Under the pieces are notes generated by a model, which worked only from the letters and a program-made list of their open reading frames with translations, was not told the origin of the DNA and made no database searches. This document shows, one piece after another, positions 1-11,737 of a stretch of DNA of 64,000 nt (positions are counted from its first letter, which is position 1; the number at the start of each line of letters is the position of its first letter). The stretch is taken from contig NW_005434652.1 of the NCBI RefSeq assembly GCF_000315625.1, positions 90,348-154,347 on the forward strand, written 5' to 3'. The position numbers and the translations under genes are program-made. This DNA comes from Guillardia theta CCMP2712 (taxonomy: Eukaryota; Protista; Cryptophyta).

Positions 1-515
1 GGGGGTGCGACTTCCTCAATCCTCCGCCTCCTCGCTGCTCCTCCTCTTGGCGCTAAACCCTAAACCCTAAACCCTAAACCCCTCTTTGTCTTCCTGTTCT
101 CGCTGCGATGATCTCATACATGATTTTTGATCAGCAATCTCCGTCAATCTTCATTCAAAGCCCTCAGTTCCTCGGTTACAGCCTCGATAAGAGAATGAAA
201 GTCCGTCATGAACATTTGATCAGGTACCTTTCCGTCCTCCTCTCCTCCCTCCCAATTCTCCATCTTGCTTCTTCCTTCCTCTTCTCTTTCTCCCTCCTCT
301 TCTTCCTCCTTGCATCCCTTCTCTTCTCAATCGCCCGCAGGAACTTATATCGTAACCCGATTCCCATCTCTTCGATGCTCGTGCTGACCGACAGAGACTT
401 TGCTGTTCGGTACCCGGCCCGGGACGTCAAGAAGTTTGGAGGGAGGAGGAGGAAGAGGAGAAACATGAAGTTGGATCAAAGCAAGAAGATGAGCAGCATG
501 CGGAGATACATGTCA
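1..515 (-). CDS. 5' part of a probable spliced gene running off the window start, product unknown
   Basis: Exon-like ORF segment (…RAGYRTAKSLSVSTSIEEMGIGLRYKFLR) followed by a purine-rich intron-like tract; no recognisable motif. Confidence 0.3.
54..81 (+). repeat. Interstitial telomere-type repeat (TAAACCC)x4
   Basis: Four perfect TAAACCC units (TTTAGGG on the minus strand) embedded in non-repetitive sequence. Confidence 0.9.
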
Positions 516-653
516 TGACATGTGCTGTTGCTCTTTTTTCAACAAGATACACAGAGCTACGAGTGGTTTCTGATTTCTGATTTATGAGCTTTACAATTAC
601 AATTCCTCTTCTGTCACCTTGCAGCAACGGAGATTTTCTCATCACATGTACAA

Positions 654-2253
654 TCATGTTGGGATTCGAATCAATTCCCATAATTCCATCTCATCAGACC
701 TATCGTATTCTTTCAATCTCTTCTCGAAGTCACTCCCTAGCTTCTTCCCGCGCAACAGAAAAGTTTTAGCACTGCCTATACATGTTTCTTCTCTCCCCTC
801 CCCCCCCCCACCCTCCGTCATTTCCCCTGTCGCTCTCCATCCTCCTTCTGCCCCTGCCCCTGCTGCCCCTGCCCCTGCTGCTGCCTCTGCTGCCCCTGCT
901 GCCCCTGCTGCCTCTGCTGCTGCTGCTGCTGCTCCCCTTTGCTGACATTCCTCAATGTCTCCTGCAGAAAATGCGTGAGAAGGATAGGCATTGGAGGATG
1001 TGTTGACAGCACCTTCCACTTGAACATGAGAAAAGAAGAAATCGTACTCTCTGCATGTTGTGCAAAGTTCAGGGAGGGTGAAGTTGTATCTTTTCTCGAT
1101 CGTCATTATCAATTTTGCGTCTTCTCTGCAGATGCTCAGAATTTGCACAACCTGCAAAACTCTTGATGTGAGTGCAACAATGTAGCATCGCAAACATGAA
1201 ACCTTGTTGAGGAAGGAGGTTGTCAGCTCGTTGGAGTAAATGACATCAGCAGCCAGCAGGTAATTGCAGCTTTTAAGTTCCATCAGCTCTTTTTCCGTCC
1301 AATCGAACTCTGATTGTTGTTTGACTTCGCAAATGTCAGGACCCCGAAACATTTCAATGTAATCACTATTGCCACCGTACAATCATTGGGAACACGGACA
1401 TCATTGTGATAATTATCATGGAGAGTATGATGTCATTGTAATGTCATCATCACCATCTCCATTATCATCATCACCATCATCATCGTCTCCATTATCATCT
1501 CCACCATCATCTCTTTCAAATCTTCATCTCTTCATCACCTTCATCCTTCTTGATTGGGAACTCATCGCTCCAATCAAGCTTACGGACAGAACAGACTCCC
1601 CGCTTGTCATTCAGCATGACATTCCTCAAACAGTTCCTCAACGACTTGTCTTCGTAGTCTGTCAAGAAGACACGACGGCAAACACGAGCAACAACAACTC
1701 CAGGTAGCCCAACCCCAGCTCCCAACTCCATCACAACTGCATCTTGAAACTGAGACAGTTTGCTCAGAATCCAATCGGAGAGGTAGAGTGAAGCGCCCCA
1801 AATTTGAACGCCGCATTCGCGGATAGTAGATCTTGTCTTCATGGTTATATCAATGTGAAACTTATCTGCTCGTGTTTTTCTTGAAGCATCAATGTTAGCA
1901 TGCGCGGTTGTGTATCAAGATATCCCAACCTCCTCCTCTTCCTCCTAACGGGAACAAGGTCACCTTCGTTATCCCGATCCCTGGATGTGGTGATCAACGC
2001 ATGCTTGTACATCACACTCAACAAGAAAGGGAAGTGGGAAAGATTGTTTTCTTGGGTGGAGACAAGGTTGTTTGAAATCAGCGGAAGCTTTGTCGACAGG
2101 TTGTGAGGCAAGTTTACCAGGACTGTTTGCCGCCATCACCGGAGTCTTCAGAAGAGCTCGATTCTTCTTCAGGAACTTCACATGTGAATCTCCATCTTCG
2201 CCATGCTGATATATCTTGCTTCACCTCCTTCTGGTGCCCCTCCTGCCCCTCTT

Positions 2254-2333
<80 letters not shown>

Positions 2334-2440
2334 CACATCTCTTCCTCCTCAACTTCATGCTCATCATCGTCTTCCTCTTTCCTCCTCCTCCTCCTCCTCC
2401 TCAAGGCTTCGCTCCGAACAATCTCGTCGGCTTCCTGCAT
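654..2440 (-). CDS. METTL22: METTL22-like protein lysine methyltransferase (Methyltransf_16 family), multi-exon
   Basis: Exons encode CGVQIWGASLYLSDW, VMELGAGVGLPG (SAM motif I), VFLTDY, VRKLDW, LLAADVIYSNELT and IEKRYNFTL; DNEGDLVPVRR resembles the METTL22 N-terminal DxDGDLxVxR motif. Confidence 0.85.
2258..2332 (+). repeat. Intronic (TGCTCC)n hexamer microsatellite; same unit at about 4477-4507, 9613-9665, 59643-59707, 61208-61269
   Basis: Direct reading of tandem units. Confidence 0.9.
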
Positions 2441-2761
2441 GGTGCGGATCTAACGATATCGGATTTTGTAGGAAGGGTATGTGCGATGGAGATAAACTTC
2501 GGTCACAGCAGAAAATTTCGCAATAAAAATGATCTTACAATTATTTTTCTGTTGATAAAATATAAAGTATAAATATTTTACTGCAAAATCGCTCCTGCAC
2601 AGTCACAGCAGGGCTAGCTGGTCTGTCATTGGGGGGTAGTGGGGTCCAAAGACGAGGGATACCTCTCATTTGAGGGGTACTTTTCATATTAATATGTGGG
2701 GTACTTAAATGGGATGATCAATGTGAGGGGGAGGGGGTACTCGCGTCGCAAGTCACCCTCA

Positions 2762-4373
2762 ATGAGAAAAGTGCGCACCATGCCAGCGCGAGGATGGCGA
2801 GGAAAGATGCTGATGATGCCGCTGACCGTGGGCGTCATGGTCTGCATGCTGCTCATCGCCGTCTCCATGCTGAGCTCGACGCCCGTCAGCGCTCAGGCAT
2901 GCAAGAAGGAGCTGAAGCTTCTGACTTGGAACGTTGCAGCGGTCAACAATAATCCGTTCGAATACTGGATTACTCACGAAGACGCGGGGTATGCGTCCCT
3001 TATGGAGGGGGTCCAGAAGTTCATCAGCGAGCCAGGAGAGCAGGACGTTGAGGTGGAGAAAGTCTTCACGGAGAGTATGTTCGACGAGCTCATCCAGGAG
3101 ATGACTTCGAAAGGAGCACAGGGGCTGGCTGAAGTCACGACAAGGTGGAAGGAAGATCTTAAGGGGAGGAAGATTATCAGCGGGTTCATCAAGGACAAGC
3201 AGATCGGCAAGAAGAGGCTCGCCTCCATGCCCGACAGAGTCACCAACTCTATCCACCTTGATGGCGGCGGGCTAGCGCTGCGGCCGACCGTGATCAACTG
3301 CATGGAGGAGGAGATACCGGATATGAATGGATGGTGGAAGAAGTGGAAGAGCTTCATGTTCAAGGATGTGCTTAGCTTGCCAAAGAGAGATGGACAGAGC
3401 ATGAAGAAGGTAGGATGCGCTGCTCAGCCATTCCTTCTCCTCATCATCTCCGTCATCATTTTCATCATCATCATCATCCCTGCCCCCTCTCTTCCCCCTT
3501 ACACCTCTCCTTCTGACAATTTCCAGGTTCCGTTCGAGATGCTGCAGAGGATTATGCGCAGCAAGTATCCTGAGATCACGGTAGAGGAGGAGGAGATCAG
3601 TATCCCTCTACAAACCGTCTGCCTTGCAATCTTCGACTCGATCCTCGTTCATATGCTCAACCAAGTAGCAGCGTCCTCATGGCAGCCCATAAGGAGGACT
3701 GTTTGCAAGGCGCTGAACAAAGACAAGGACAAGAAGATCATGTCGATTCTTAAGAATGTTTACGGAGATGCAGACATTCTCTTCTTGCAGGTAAGGGCTG
3801 AGTGTTGTTGTCGTTGGAATTATCTCACTGTTTGCAACAGGAAACATCCTCTGCATTCTACCATAATATCACCAGGTTGGACGAGTTTGAAGAAGATCAC
3901 TGTTTGTTGACTTGTGGTCTGTAGAGATGCCGCATTCAGCACACGTTACCACATCTTCTCCCCAAAATCAGCAACGGGAAAGAGAGACCAGTAAGTTGTT
4001 CCTCTTGCTTCACATATGGAACTCACATGCTGTGAAGAAACTCACTTATTCTCGTCGATAAATCATCTTTCCTTGTCGGATCTGCTGTCTTTGGAGTGAA
4101 AATGACTGACTTGAGTTTAAGAAGGAAAAGGGGATAGAAGTCACAGAGGCTGTTCTTCAATATGACAAAGGCGAGGATTATACTTCCTCTCCTCTCCTCT
4201 CCTCTCCTCTCCTCTCCTCTCCTCTCCTCTCCTCCCCTCTCCTCTCCTCTCCTCCCCTCTCCTTTTCTCCTCCCCTCCCATGGGTCACATTTTTTGTCCT
4301 CCTTCCAGACAAGAGCGCTGCCCCAGGCGACCTGCTCGTGATTTCAATCCAAACGTCTGCAAAGAAAAGGTGA
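2762..4373 (+). CDS. Endonuclease/exonuclease/phosphatase (EEP) fold protein with N-terminal signal/anchor; 3' end apparently missing
   Basis: Hydrophobic leader (LTVGVMVCMLLIAVSMLSS), then LKLLTWNVAAVNNNPFEYW and DADILFLQE (joined across an intron), typical EEP N-terminal motifs; GT-AG introns at about 3410-3526 and 3791-3840. Confidence 0.7.
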
Positions 4374-4476
4374 AAGAAGATGACGAGGAAAGCATCTGAG
4401 ATGCAATGGAGGATGTGTCCATAACTATAACCAATCCTGGAGAAACAAGAAGCGGAGGAGGTAGATGAGTTGGAGA

Positions 4477-4507
<31 letters not shown>

Positions 4508-4508
<1 letters not shown>

Positions 4509-7500
4509 TTAACTTGTTGGTCAGGTTTCTTCTTGCCTCCTTCCACGGTGATACGAATGGCCTGGCAACAATCCCAATCGTAAGTGCGGTCCTGCAGGTA
4601 TAGCTCCTCCTCCTCTTTCTCCTCCTCCCTCCACCCTCCCCACCCTCCCTCCCTCCTCCTCCCTCCTCCTCCTCCTCCTCCCTCCTCCTCCTCCTCCTCC
4701 CTCCTCCTCCTCCCTCCTTCCCTCCTCCCTCCTCCTCCTCCTCCTCCTCCTCCTCCTCCTCCTCCTCTCTCTCTCTCNNNNNNNNNNNNNNNNNNNNNNN
4801 NNNNNNNNNNNNNNNNNNNNNNNNNNNNNNNNNNNNNNNNNNNNNNNNNNNNNNNNNNNNNNNNNNNNNNNNNNNNNAACAACCAGGAGAGAAGGTGAGA
4901 AAAGGAGAGCAGGAGGAGAGCAGAAAAGGAGAAGGAGCGAGTACAGGAGAGAAGGAGAGAAGAGCATGGAGAAAGGAAGGAAGGGAGGAGTTGAGAAGCT
5001 ACTTTGCTGTGGGAGGTGAAGAGAATGGGTTTGAAATTGCTCTTGTTGAAAACCAACTCCAATGCGTCCCGCCAGGTGTCTTGCGCGCTGCCGTACCCGA
5101 TGCCGCTGGAAGGTTGATGAGAGGAAGAGGGGAGGAGAGGAGGAGAGGAGGAGAGGAGGAGAGGAGAGGAGGAGAGGAGAGGAGGAGAGGAGGGGGAGAG
5201 GAGGGGGAGAGGAGGGAGAGAGGAGGGAGAAGATGAGGATGAGGATGAGGAATAGAGAAGAGTAAGGGGAGCGAGATGGAGATAGAGAATGAAGGGAAAC
5301 AAGAAGAAGGTTGAAGGAAGGAAGCAACAAGGAAGGGGAGGAACGAAGAGCAAGACCTGTTGTAGGCTACGAAAAGATCGGGAAGGTCGTGATACCTACA
5401 AGAGGATAAGGACCGAGGAGGACGAGGAAGGAGTGAGATGGAGAGAAGGGAATGTAGAGCAGCAAGAAGGGGACGAGGACGAGGACGAGGACGAGGAGGA
5501 AACCAGGGCGAGGAAAGCGAGGAGGAGACGGGCGAGAAGGAGGAGGAGGAAACGGAGGCGGAGGATAAGACTGTAGAAAAGCGAGAGGTGCAGGAGGAGC
5601 AGGGACACCAAATGGACATAGGCGTGCTAGGAGGAGGAGGAGGAGGAGGAGGAGGAGGAGGAGGAGGAGGAGGAGGAGGAGGAGGAGGAGGAGGAGGAGG
5701 AGGAGGAGGAGGAATACTGAATCTGTTTCTTCGCTGGAATTTTGTTTCCTGTTTTTTGTATCCTCGTCACTGCCTAGTTTCCCTCCACTCAAAACAATTT
5801 GACAGGTGAAGAACAAAGATGGGACGATCTTGTTGAATCCAGGAGCAGACTATGTCGATATTTCAACTTGCTTTTGCTCGAAAGTGATTCATCACATACA
5901 GGTGATTCAAGACAAAGACGTCCTTCTATCCATAGCAAGGGACGACGACTCCTACACTGTCAACGACGGTTCTTTCTACCGTGAGCTGCAAGCTCAACAA
6001 GCCAAGTCGTCATCAGCACGGAAGTCCAAGAGAGTGAAGAAAAAACCAGAGAGGATTTTGTTCTGCGGATGGAGAAGAGACCTGGCAGATATGATCTCTC
6101 ATCTCGACCATATCGTCCCCAAGGGCAGCGAGCTCTGGCTCCTGAGCAGCATCCCCGTCTACCAACGACGAGGGCTACTGGAGGACGTCGGTCAGCGGGA
6201 GAACCTTCAGCTTGTCAACNNNNNNNNNNNNNNNNNNNNNNNNNNNNNNNNNNNNNNNNNNNNNNNNNNNNNNNNNNNNNNNNNNNNNNNNNNNNNNNNN
6301 NNNNNNNNNNNNNNNNNNNTCCTCCTCCTCCTCCTCCTCCTCCTCCTCCTCCTCTCCACCCGCACTGTACTTGTCAGACTACTCCCTCCTCTTACCCCCA
6401 TCCCCACCGTCTCTACCGGTCAGAGAGGAAGGAGATCCAGTTGAGGAGCTCGACGCGGTTCCAGGCATTGGTCGGAGGGCCTGCGGAACAGCCTCGGCGT
6501 GAGGAGGATGACAAGAGAGTGAAGGGCGAGGAAAGGGGAGGAGGGGGGAGGAAGGAGAGGACTAGAGACGAGGAGGACAAGGGGGGAAGGGGGGGGCATA
6601 GGGGGTTGAGAAGGAGAAGAAGAAGGGGAGGCAGGGTGAGGGAAGTAAGAAAGAGAGAAGAGCCGCGGGTAGGAAAGGGAAAGAAGGAAGAGGGGGGGAG
6701 GGAGGGAGGGAGGGAGAGCGGGGGGGTTGAAAGGAAGGGAGAAGGTGTTTCTGCAAGGGATGGGTACAAGCAGAGCAGGGGGGGTATCTTGACCGGGAAA
6801 GTCAAACTCCGGAAATTTCCTTCCGGAATCTGCAAAGACGTCAATGTGGGAGGAGAAAGCGGATGGAGAAGAAGTATAAAGGAGAAAAAGAAAGGAAACA
6901 AACTGAAGGGAGGAAGAGACGACGAGGTTGAGAAGGAGGAGGTGTTTTAGAGAAAGAGGAGGAGGATAAGCAGAACATGGACGAGAGGACTTAGCAGGAG
7001 AAGGAGGAGGAGGAGGAGGAGGAGGAGGAGGAGCAGCAGCAGCAGCAGCAGTCAGTTTCTCACGAAGGTCTCGTAAATCCTGCTGGATCTCTCGGAGATC
7101 GTTAACCTAGATGAGATAAACTTCAGGCAAGATCCGAGCAGGGGAGACAGTCGAAGAATAATGACGAAGGAAGGAGAAGGAGAAAACATTGCAGATTGAG
7201 GAGGAGAAAATGGGAATGGAAGGCAAGCAGGAAGGAATTATGAAAACAAGAGTGCAAGAATGCAACAAAAGCAGCGAAGGATAGAACAGATAACGCACCA
7301 CTTTCTGGTAAGCCTTGTCCGACAAGTTGCATTCTTTCCTGCAGTGTCTTCAAAGAGATGAGTCAGTTCCGTCCGCAAGTTGACGGCGCTGCTTACGAAG
7401 GGAAGCCAGACTTTGGGCAGGAGTATCCCTGATAGCTGCAGCAGGAATCAGGACGAAGTCGAGGACAAGCACCTGGTGAAGCGGGGAGGGAGACGGGAGC

Positions 7501-7997
7501 GAGGAGGAGAAGGCCGAACAGCAACAGCAGAAGGAGCAGGGGAGGAAGAACAGGGGAGATGGGGAAGGAGCAGCAGCGATACGGGAGGAGCAGTGAGGAA
7601 AAAGCGGGAGTAGCAGTGAGGAAAAAGGAAGGAGCAAAAAGGAGAAAGGAAGGAGCAGTGAGGAGAGAAGGGAAGGAAAAGGGAGGGAGAGCAGTAAGAG
7701 CTTGTGAAATAAAGGAGGAAACCTCTCAGAGCAAGATCCGCATCCCTTCCCGATCTTGGCATACTGCTCTGCAAGGTTTCGGATGGTAGGAGCAGGATGC
7801 TCTAGCATGGGACTTAAAGGCTCGTCCCTCCTTGTTGCTTCCTCTATCAACCGATTCGCATCTATCTCTACCCCCTTCTCCTTCTTTCCCTTCCCGAAGA
7901 GTCCAAAGAATCCCCTGGAAGGAACCCTGGCAACCCTCCATGCGGGGGAGGAGGAGGAGGAGATGATGCTTGAAGATAGACGATGTATGCTCATCAT
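4508..7997 (-). CDS. MSS51: MSS51 (fungal-type mitochondrial Cox1 translation/assembly factor), multi-exon, interrupted by gaps
   Basis: Arg/Ser-rich presequence-like N-terminus (…WRVARVPSRGFFGLFG); exons YSCPKSGFP, (D)SGRKFPEFDFP, LLNWISFLSDR and YHDLPDLFVAYN/SGIGYG…WRDAL…PILFTSHS match recalled Mss51 motifs (CPxxGxPxxC, DLRSGRxFPEF, NWDTFLYxR, PGF…W…P.L.T) in the correct order. Confidence 0.8.
4778..4877. other. Assembly gap (100 N)
   Basis: Run of N next to a (CCT)n tract. Confidence 1.
5630..5714 (+). repeat. (GGA)n microsatellite
   Basis: About 28 perfect GGA units. Confidence 0.95.
5806..6219 (+). CDS. Internal fragment of a CASTOR/POLLUX/DMI1-family cation channel (RCK region)
   Basis: ILLNPGADY|VIQDKDVLLSIARDDDSY…PERILFCGWRRDLADMISHLDHIVPKGSELW parallels plant CASTOR/POLLUX ILLNPDDxY…IAEDDDTY…PEKILFCGWRRDxxDMI…GSELW; acceptor TTGACAG at about 5805; 48-nt GT-AG intron at 5854-5901. 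Confidence 0.85.
6220..6319. other. Assembly gap (100 N)
   Basis: Run of N. Confidence 1.
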
Positions 7998-8215
7998 CTC
8001 TGAGTAACATCAAAAGTGAATGAAACAACACTATACTTTGATTGTATGGGTTTCAGGGGGAAATAGCTAGAGGGGGCGGGGCAGGAGATATGAAGATAAG
8101 CGACACGTTCATCGTCTTTCCCTCACTCGTCCTGAGCATGATTTAAAATTGAGGACATGGTCCAGGAGGAGCAGGAGCAGGAGCAATGGGAGGAGGAGGA
8201 GGAGCAGCAGTAGCA

Positions 8216-8259
<44 letters not shown>

Positions 8260-8810
8260 CGATGACGATGATGATGATGATGATAGTGGTGGTGGTGGTG
8301 GTGATGGTGATGATCATGATCACGATCATGATCATGATCATGATTTGGCGGACTGCAAGGTTTTGGCGTACAGGAAGTGAGTTCTCTTGAAGACGAGGGT
8401 AGACAAGGTGACGATGATATGTATGACAACTCTTGATGTTAAAATTTTGATAGAATCATCATAATGTTCACGTGATTGGGAGCATCTCTTCATGATCTAG
8501 ACATCAGCCCTCTTGTCATCCTCGCCATCTTTTTCTCGTGTCCTCGTCATGATCCTCAACATATCTGTAAACCATCATGGACTCCTCTACCCTTTCGCTC
8601 CTTGATCATCATGTCACTCAGATCAGCTTCTTCTTACTTCTCCTCCATCTCCTCCTCATCATCATCATCACAAGCACTAATGAGCCTCGTGCAAGGCGGC
8701 ATTAAAACAGCATTACGGACCACATCCCCTCCATTACCCCCGGCCCGGGGCCCGTAGGAAGCAGAAGGGGGAACTAACATGGTCACTGGGGGCTCGACTA
8801 GAAAATTTTC

Positions 8811-9610
8811 ATGGCTGAACCAGCGGCGATCCTGCTGGAGCTGGGGACGATGTACTGGAAGGTGAGAGGAGGAGGAGAGGGAGAAGAGATCACGACAAGG
8901 AGAAGAAGAGGGGCTGGTGAGCGCAGAGGATGCAGGGAAGAGGGAGAGGGAGAAGAGGAGAATTAGAAGGAAAGCGAAGACAAGTCAGTAGATATGTAGG
9001 AGAGTGAGGATACGACAACGAACGAGTGCAAGTCTTCCCTGTTCCTCGAAGGATCCCAGGGGTTGGAAGGAGAGAGTGTAGATGTCTAGAGAGCGAGCGA
9101 GCAGTCCTTGTGAGAACATTGCAGGTTGGTTTTGCTGGGGAGTATGTCCCTCGCAAGATTGTTCCGAAGAACATGTTGAGGAGGACAGCAGGTGAGAGGA
9201 ATCCGAGAAGACGACCCTCACGTGAAGTTGCAGAGCCAGAGAAAGTGGAGAAGGCGCTCAGAAACGTGTTCATCAACATCCTCCTGTGCACTCCACGAGG
9301 AAGGAAGGTTGTGTTGTGTGAGAAGGTAACAGAGCAGACCAAGTTTCGAGCTCTCGTGGTCAGGTGTGAACTGTAGTTGACGATAGAGGAGTAGTGGTGA
9401 CGCCTTGCAGCATCCTGCTGGAGAAGCTTCAGGTTGACTCGGTACAGTTCGTCCCTGCTCTTGTACAGCCTGTCTACGCGTGCTGCCGAGACAATGAACT
9501 CTCGGGGTTGATGGTTGATGTGAGTCGCACGAGGAGGGAGAGGGGAAGAGGGAGGAGCAGGGACAGGAGGAAGGAAGGAAGGGGAGGTGGGGGGAAGGGA
9601 GCAAGAGCAA

Positions 9611-9666
<56 letters not shown>

Positions 9667-11717
9667 AGAAGGGGAGGAGGAGGGTCTCAACATGATCTTT
9701 CACAGGTTGGTTACTCGGAGACTTGTGTGCTCCCTGTCTACCACGGGCATCCTCTCGTGCACGCCATGTCAGTAGCAGATGTTGGAACGCGGACTGTGCA
9801 TGAATGTCTGGCGGCCCTGGCGGGTGAGAAGGAGCTTGTTCAGTGGCAGTCACCGGCTCCCGAAGACGCGATCCTGGACCATGTGGATGCGCACAGACAA
9901 GCAGAGGACATGGACGATGTTGTCGTACGAAGTTGCTCTCTCCACCCTGATGACGAGGTGCGAAGTGGTAGAGGAGGAAGCGTGTCTGTCTAACAGCTTC
10001 CAGCTCGAAACCATCCATGTGCTCGTTGGGCAGGGTCACCGAGTGATGGTCGGTCAGTTCGCGCGAACTAGTGAGCTGCTGATGGGCATCTGCTGGGGTT
10101 GGGTCAGTGCTGACGATGCTCTGACAGATGTTTGTAATGTCCTGTTTGGCATGAGCTGCGGCAAGTTTGTCGGTTGGCACGCCTTCACCTCTCTTTTGCT
10201 GCTCTTGCTCTTGTTTTCTCGCTCTTCTCTTCCTCTCCTCCTTAACGGTTTCCCCCTCTCCTGCTCACCTGGCATGCAGGAGACAGCGAGCTGAGTGCCG
10301 CCAAGCTTGTCCTCGACAGCCTGAGCAGATGCGAGTTGGATGTTCGAGCTCAGGTGTGATCCAACTGGGAAGGGAAGGGAAGGGAAGGGAAGGAGAAAGG
10401 GGAAAGGGGGGGCAGGGAGGGAGGGAGGAGCGAACCAGGCACGGGAGCGGGGGAGGGTGCGGGGGATGTAAAAGCAGGGGATGGGGTGGGCAGGAGGGCG
10501 GGAGGGGGAGGAGTGGGTGGGACAATAGAGGAGGGGAAGGTGACAATGATTGCAGGTGAGCAAGAAGGTAGTTCTGGTGGGGGGAGGAAGCATGCTTGAA
10601 GGCTTCAAGGTTCGCGCTTGTTCCTCTTCTACCCTCCAGCTGACACTCAGCAGGAGAGGCTCGTCATCGCGTGCAAGCAGCTCTGCGAAGAGGAGAAAAG
10701 GCACAAACTTACTCGTCCCCTTGCTTGCTTTTTGTCCAACCATGTGTTCCTCCCGTTTCATCCTCCTACCGCTCTGTCTCCCTTCCTTCTTGCCGCGTCT
10801 GACACTGTTCTCTTCTCCCGGTCCCCGAGCACGTCATTCTTCCTGCTCTTACCCTCTCCGTTCATTTGCGCTTCTCCTCCTCCTTCTCCTTCTCCTTCTC
10901 CTTCTCCTGCTCCTGCTTCTCCCTCTCCTCCTTCTCCTTCTTCTTCTCCTCCTTCTGCTTCTCCTCCTTCTCCTTCTCCTTCTCCTTCTTCTTCTCTTTC
11001 TTCTTCTTCTTTTTCTTGATCATCATCATTGTCATTGTTCTGATTTCATTAGCAGCTATCGACATCTGAGGGTTCTTGTGGAAAGGATGAAAATCTACGG
11101 GGCATCGCTGGATGGAGCCCGCAAGCATGCGGTCCCAGCGAACATTCTACAGTGATGATCTCTCCTCCTCCTCCTCCTCCTCCTCCTCCTCCTCCTCCTC
11201 CTCCTCCTCCTCCTCTCTCCCTTCCTTTCTTGCCCGCCCTCCCCAACATACCCTCTCACTGATTCCAACCCCCCTTCCTTGCTTCCTTCCTTCCAATCGT
11301 TGTCTCTCCTTCCCCCCCCCATCCCCCCCCTCCTAACGGTCTTCAGGTGGATGAGTGCCTCCTTGATCTATGCTGCTCGTGGGGCGCCGCAAGGTGAGCA
11401 TACAGTCGAGTAATTCTCCTGCCCCTCCTCGCACTCCCCCTCCCCCTCCCACTCCCACTCTTCCTTCCCTCTTCCTGCCCCTCCCCCTGTCCAGTTCTCT
11501 TCCTCTTCCCCTCCTGCTCTTCTCAAGTTTAGGTACAGGGATAACGCTAGAGAACTGGCGAGACTCTCGTTCCCTCCCGGACTTCCTTTTCCATCCTGCT
11601 CCCAACCTCCATCAGCTGCCCATGGCGACCGGGGTCGACTTATCATGGCGGGATGGCGCGCCATGGCTGCGGTCTGAGGAGAGGAGGACGGTGGTGGGAG
11701 ATGAAGGGAGCAGATGA
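8811..11717 (+). CDS. ACTR10: Actin-related protein 10/11 (dynactin pointed-end Arp), multi-exon
   Basis: MAEPAAILLELGTMYWK|VGFAGEYVPR, RKVVLCEK, SGLMVD|VGYSETCVLPVYHG, VVLVGGGSMLEGFK|ERL, WMSASL and RSLPDF give a divergent actin fold with Arp10-type motifs. Confidence 0.8.
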
Positions 11718-11737
11718 ATGAGAATGCTGAAATCTTT

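Noticed and set aside
1-81. True chromosome end
   Set aside because: Only four repeat units, with ordinary sequence on both sides.
2103-2572. Poly-L, poly-SC, poly-PA, poly-EQ, poly-G and poly-H ORFs here and throughout the window
   Set aside because: Translations of intronic or intergenic microsatellites, not real proteins.
8100-8700. Possible small gene between MSS51 and ARP10
   Set aside because: Dominated by (GAT)n/(GGT)n repeats; no coherent reading frame.
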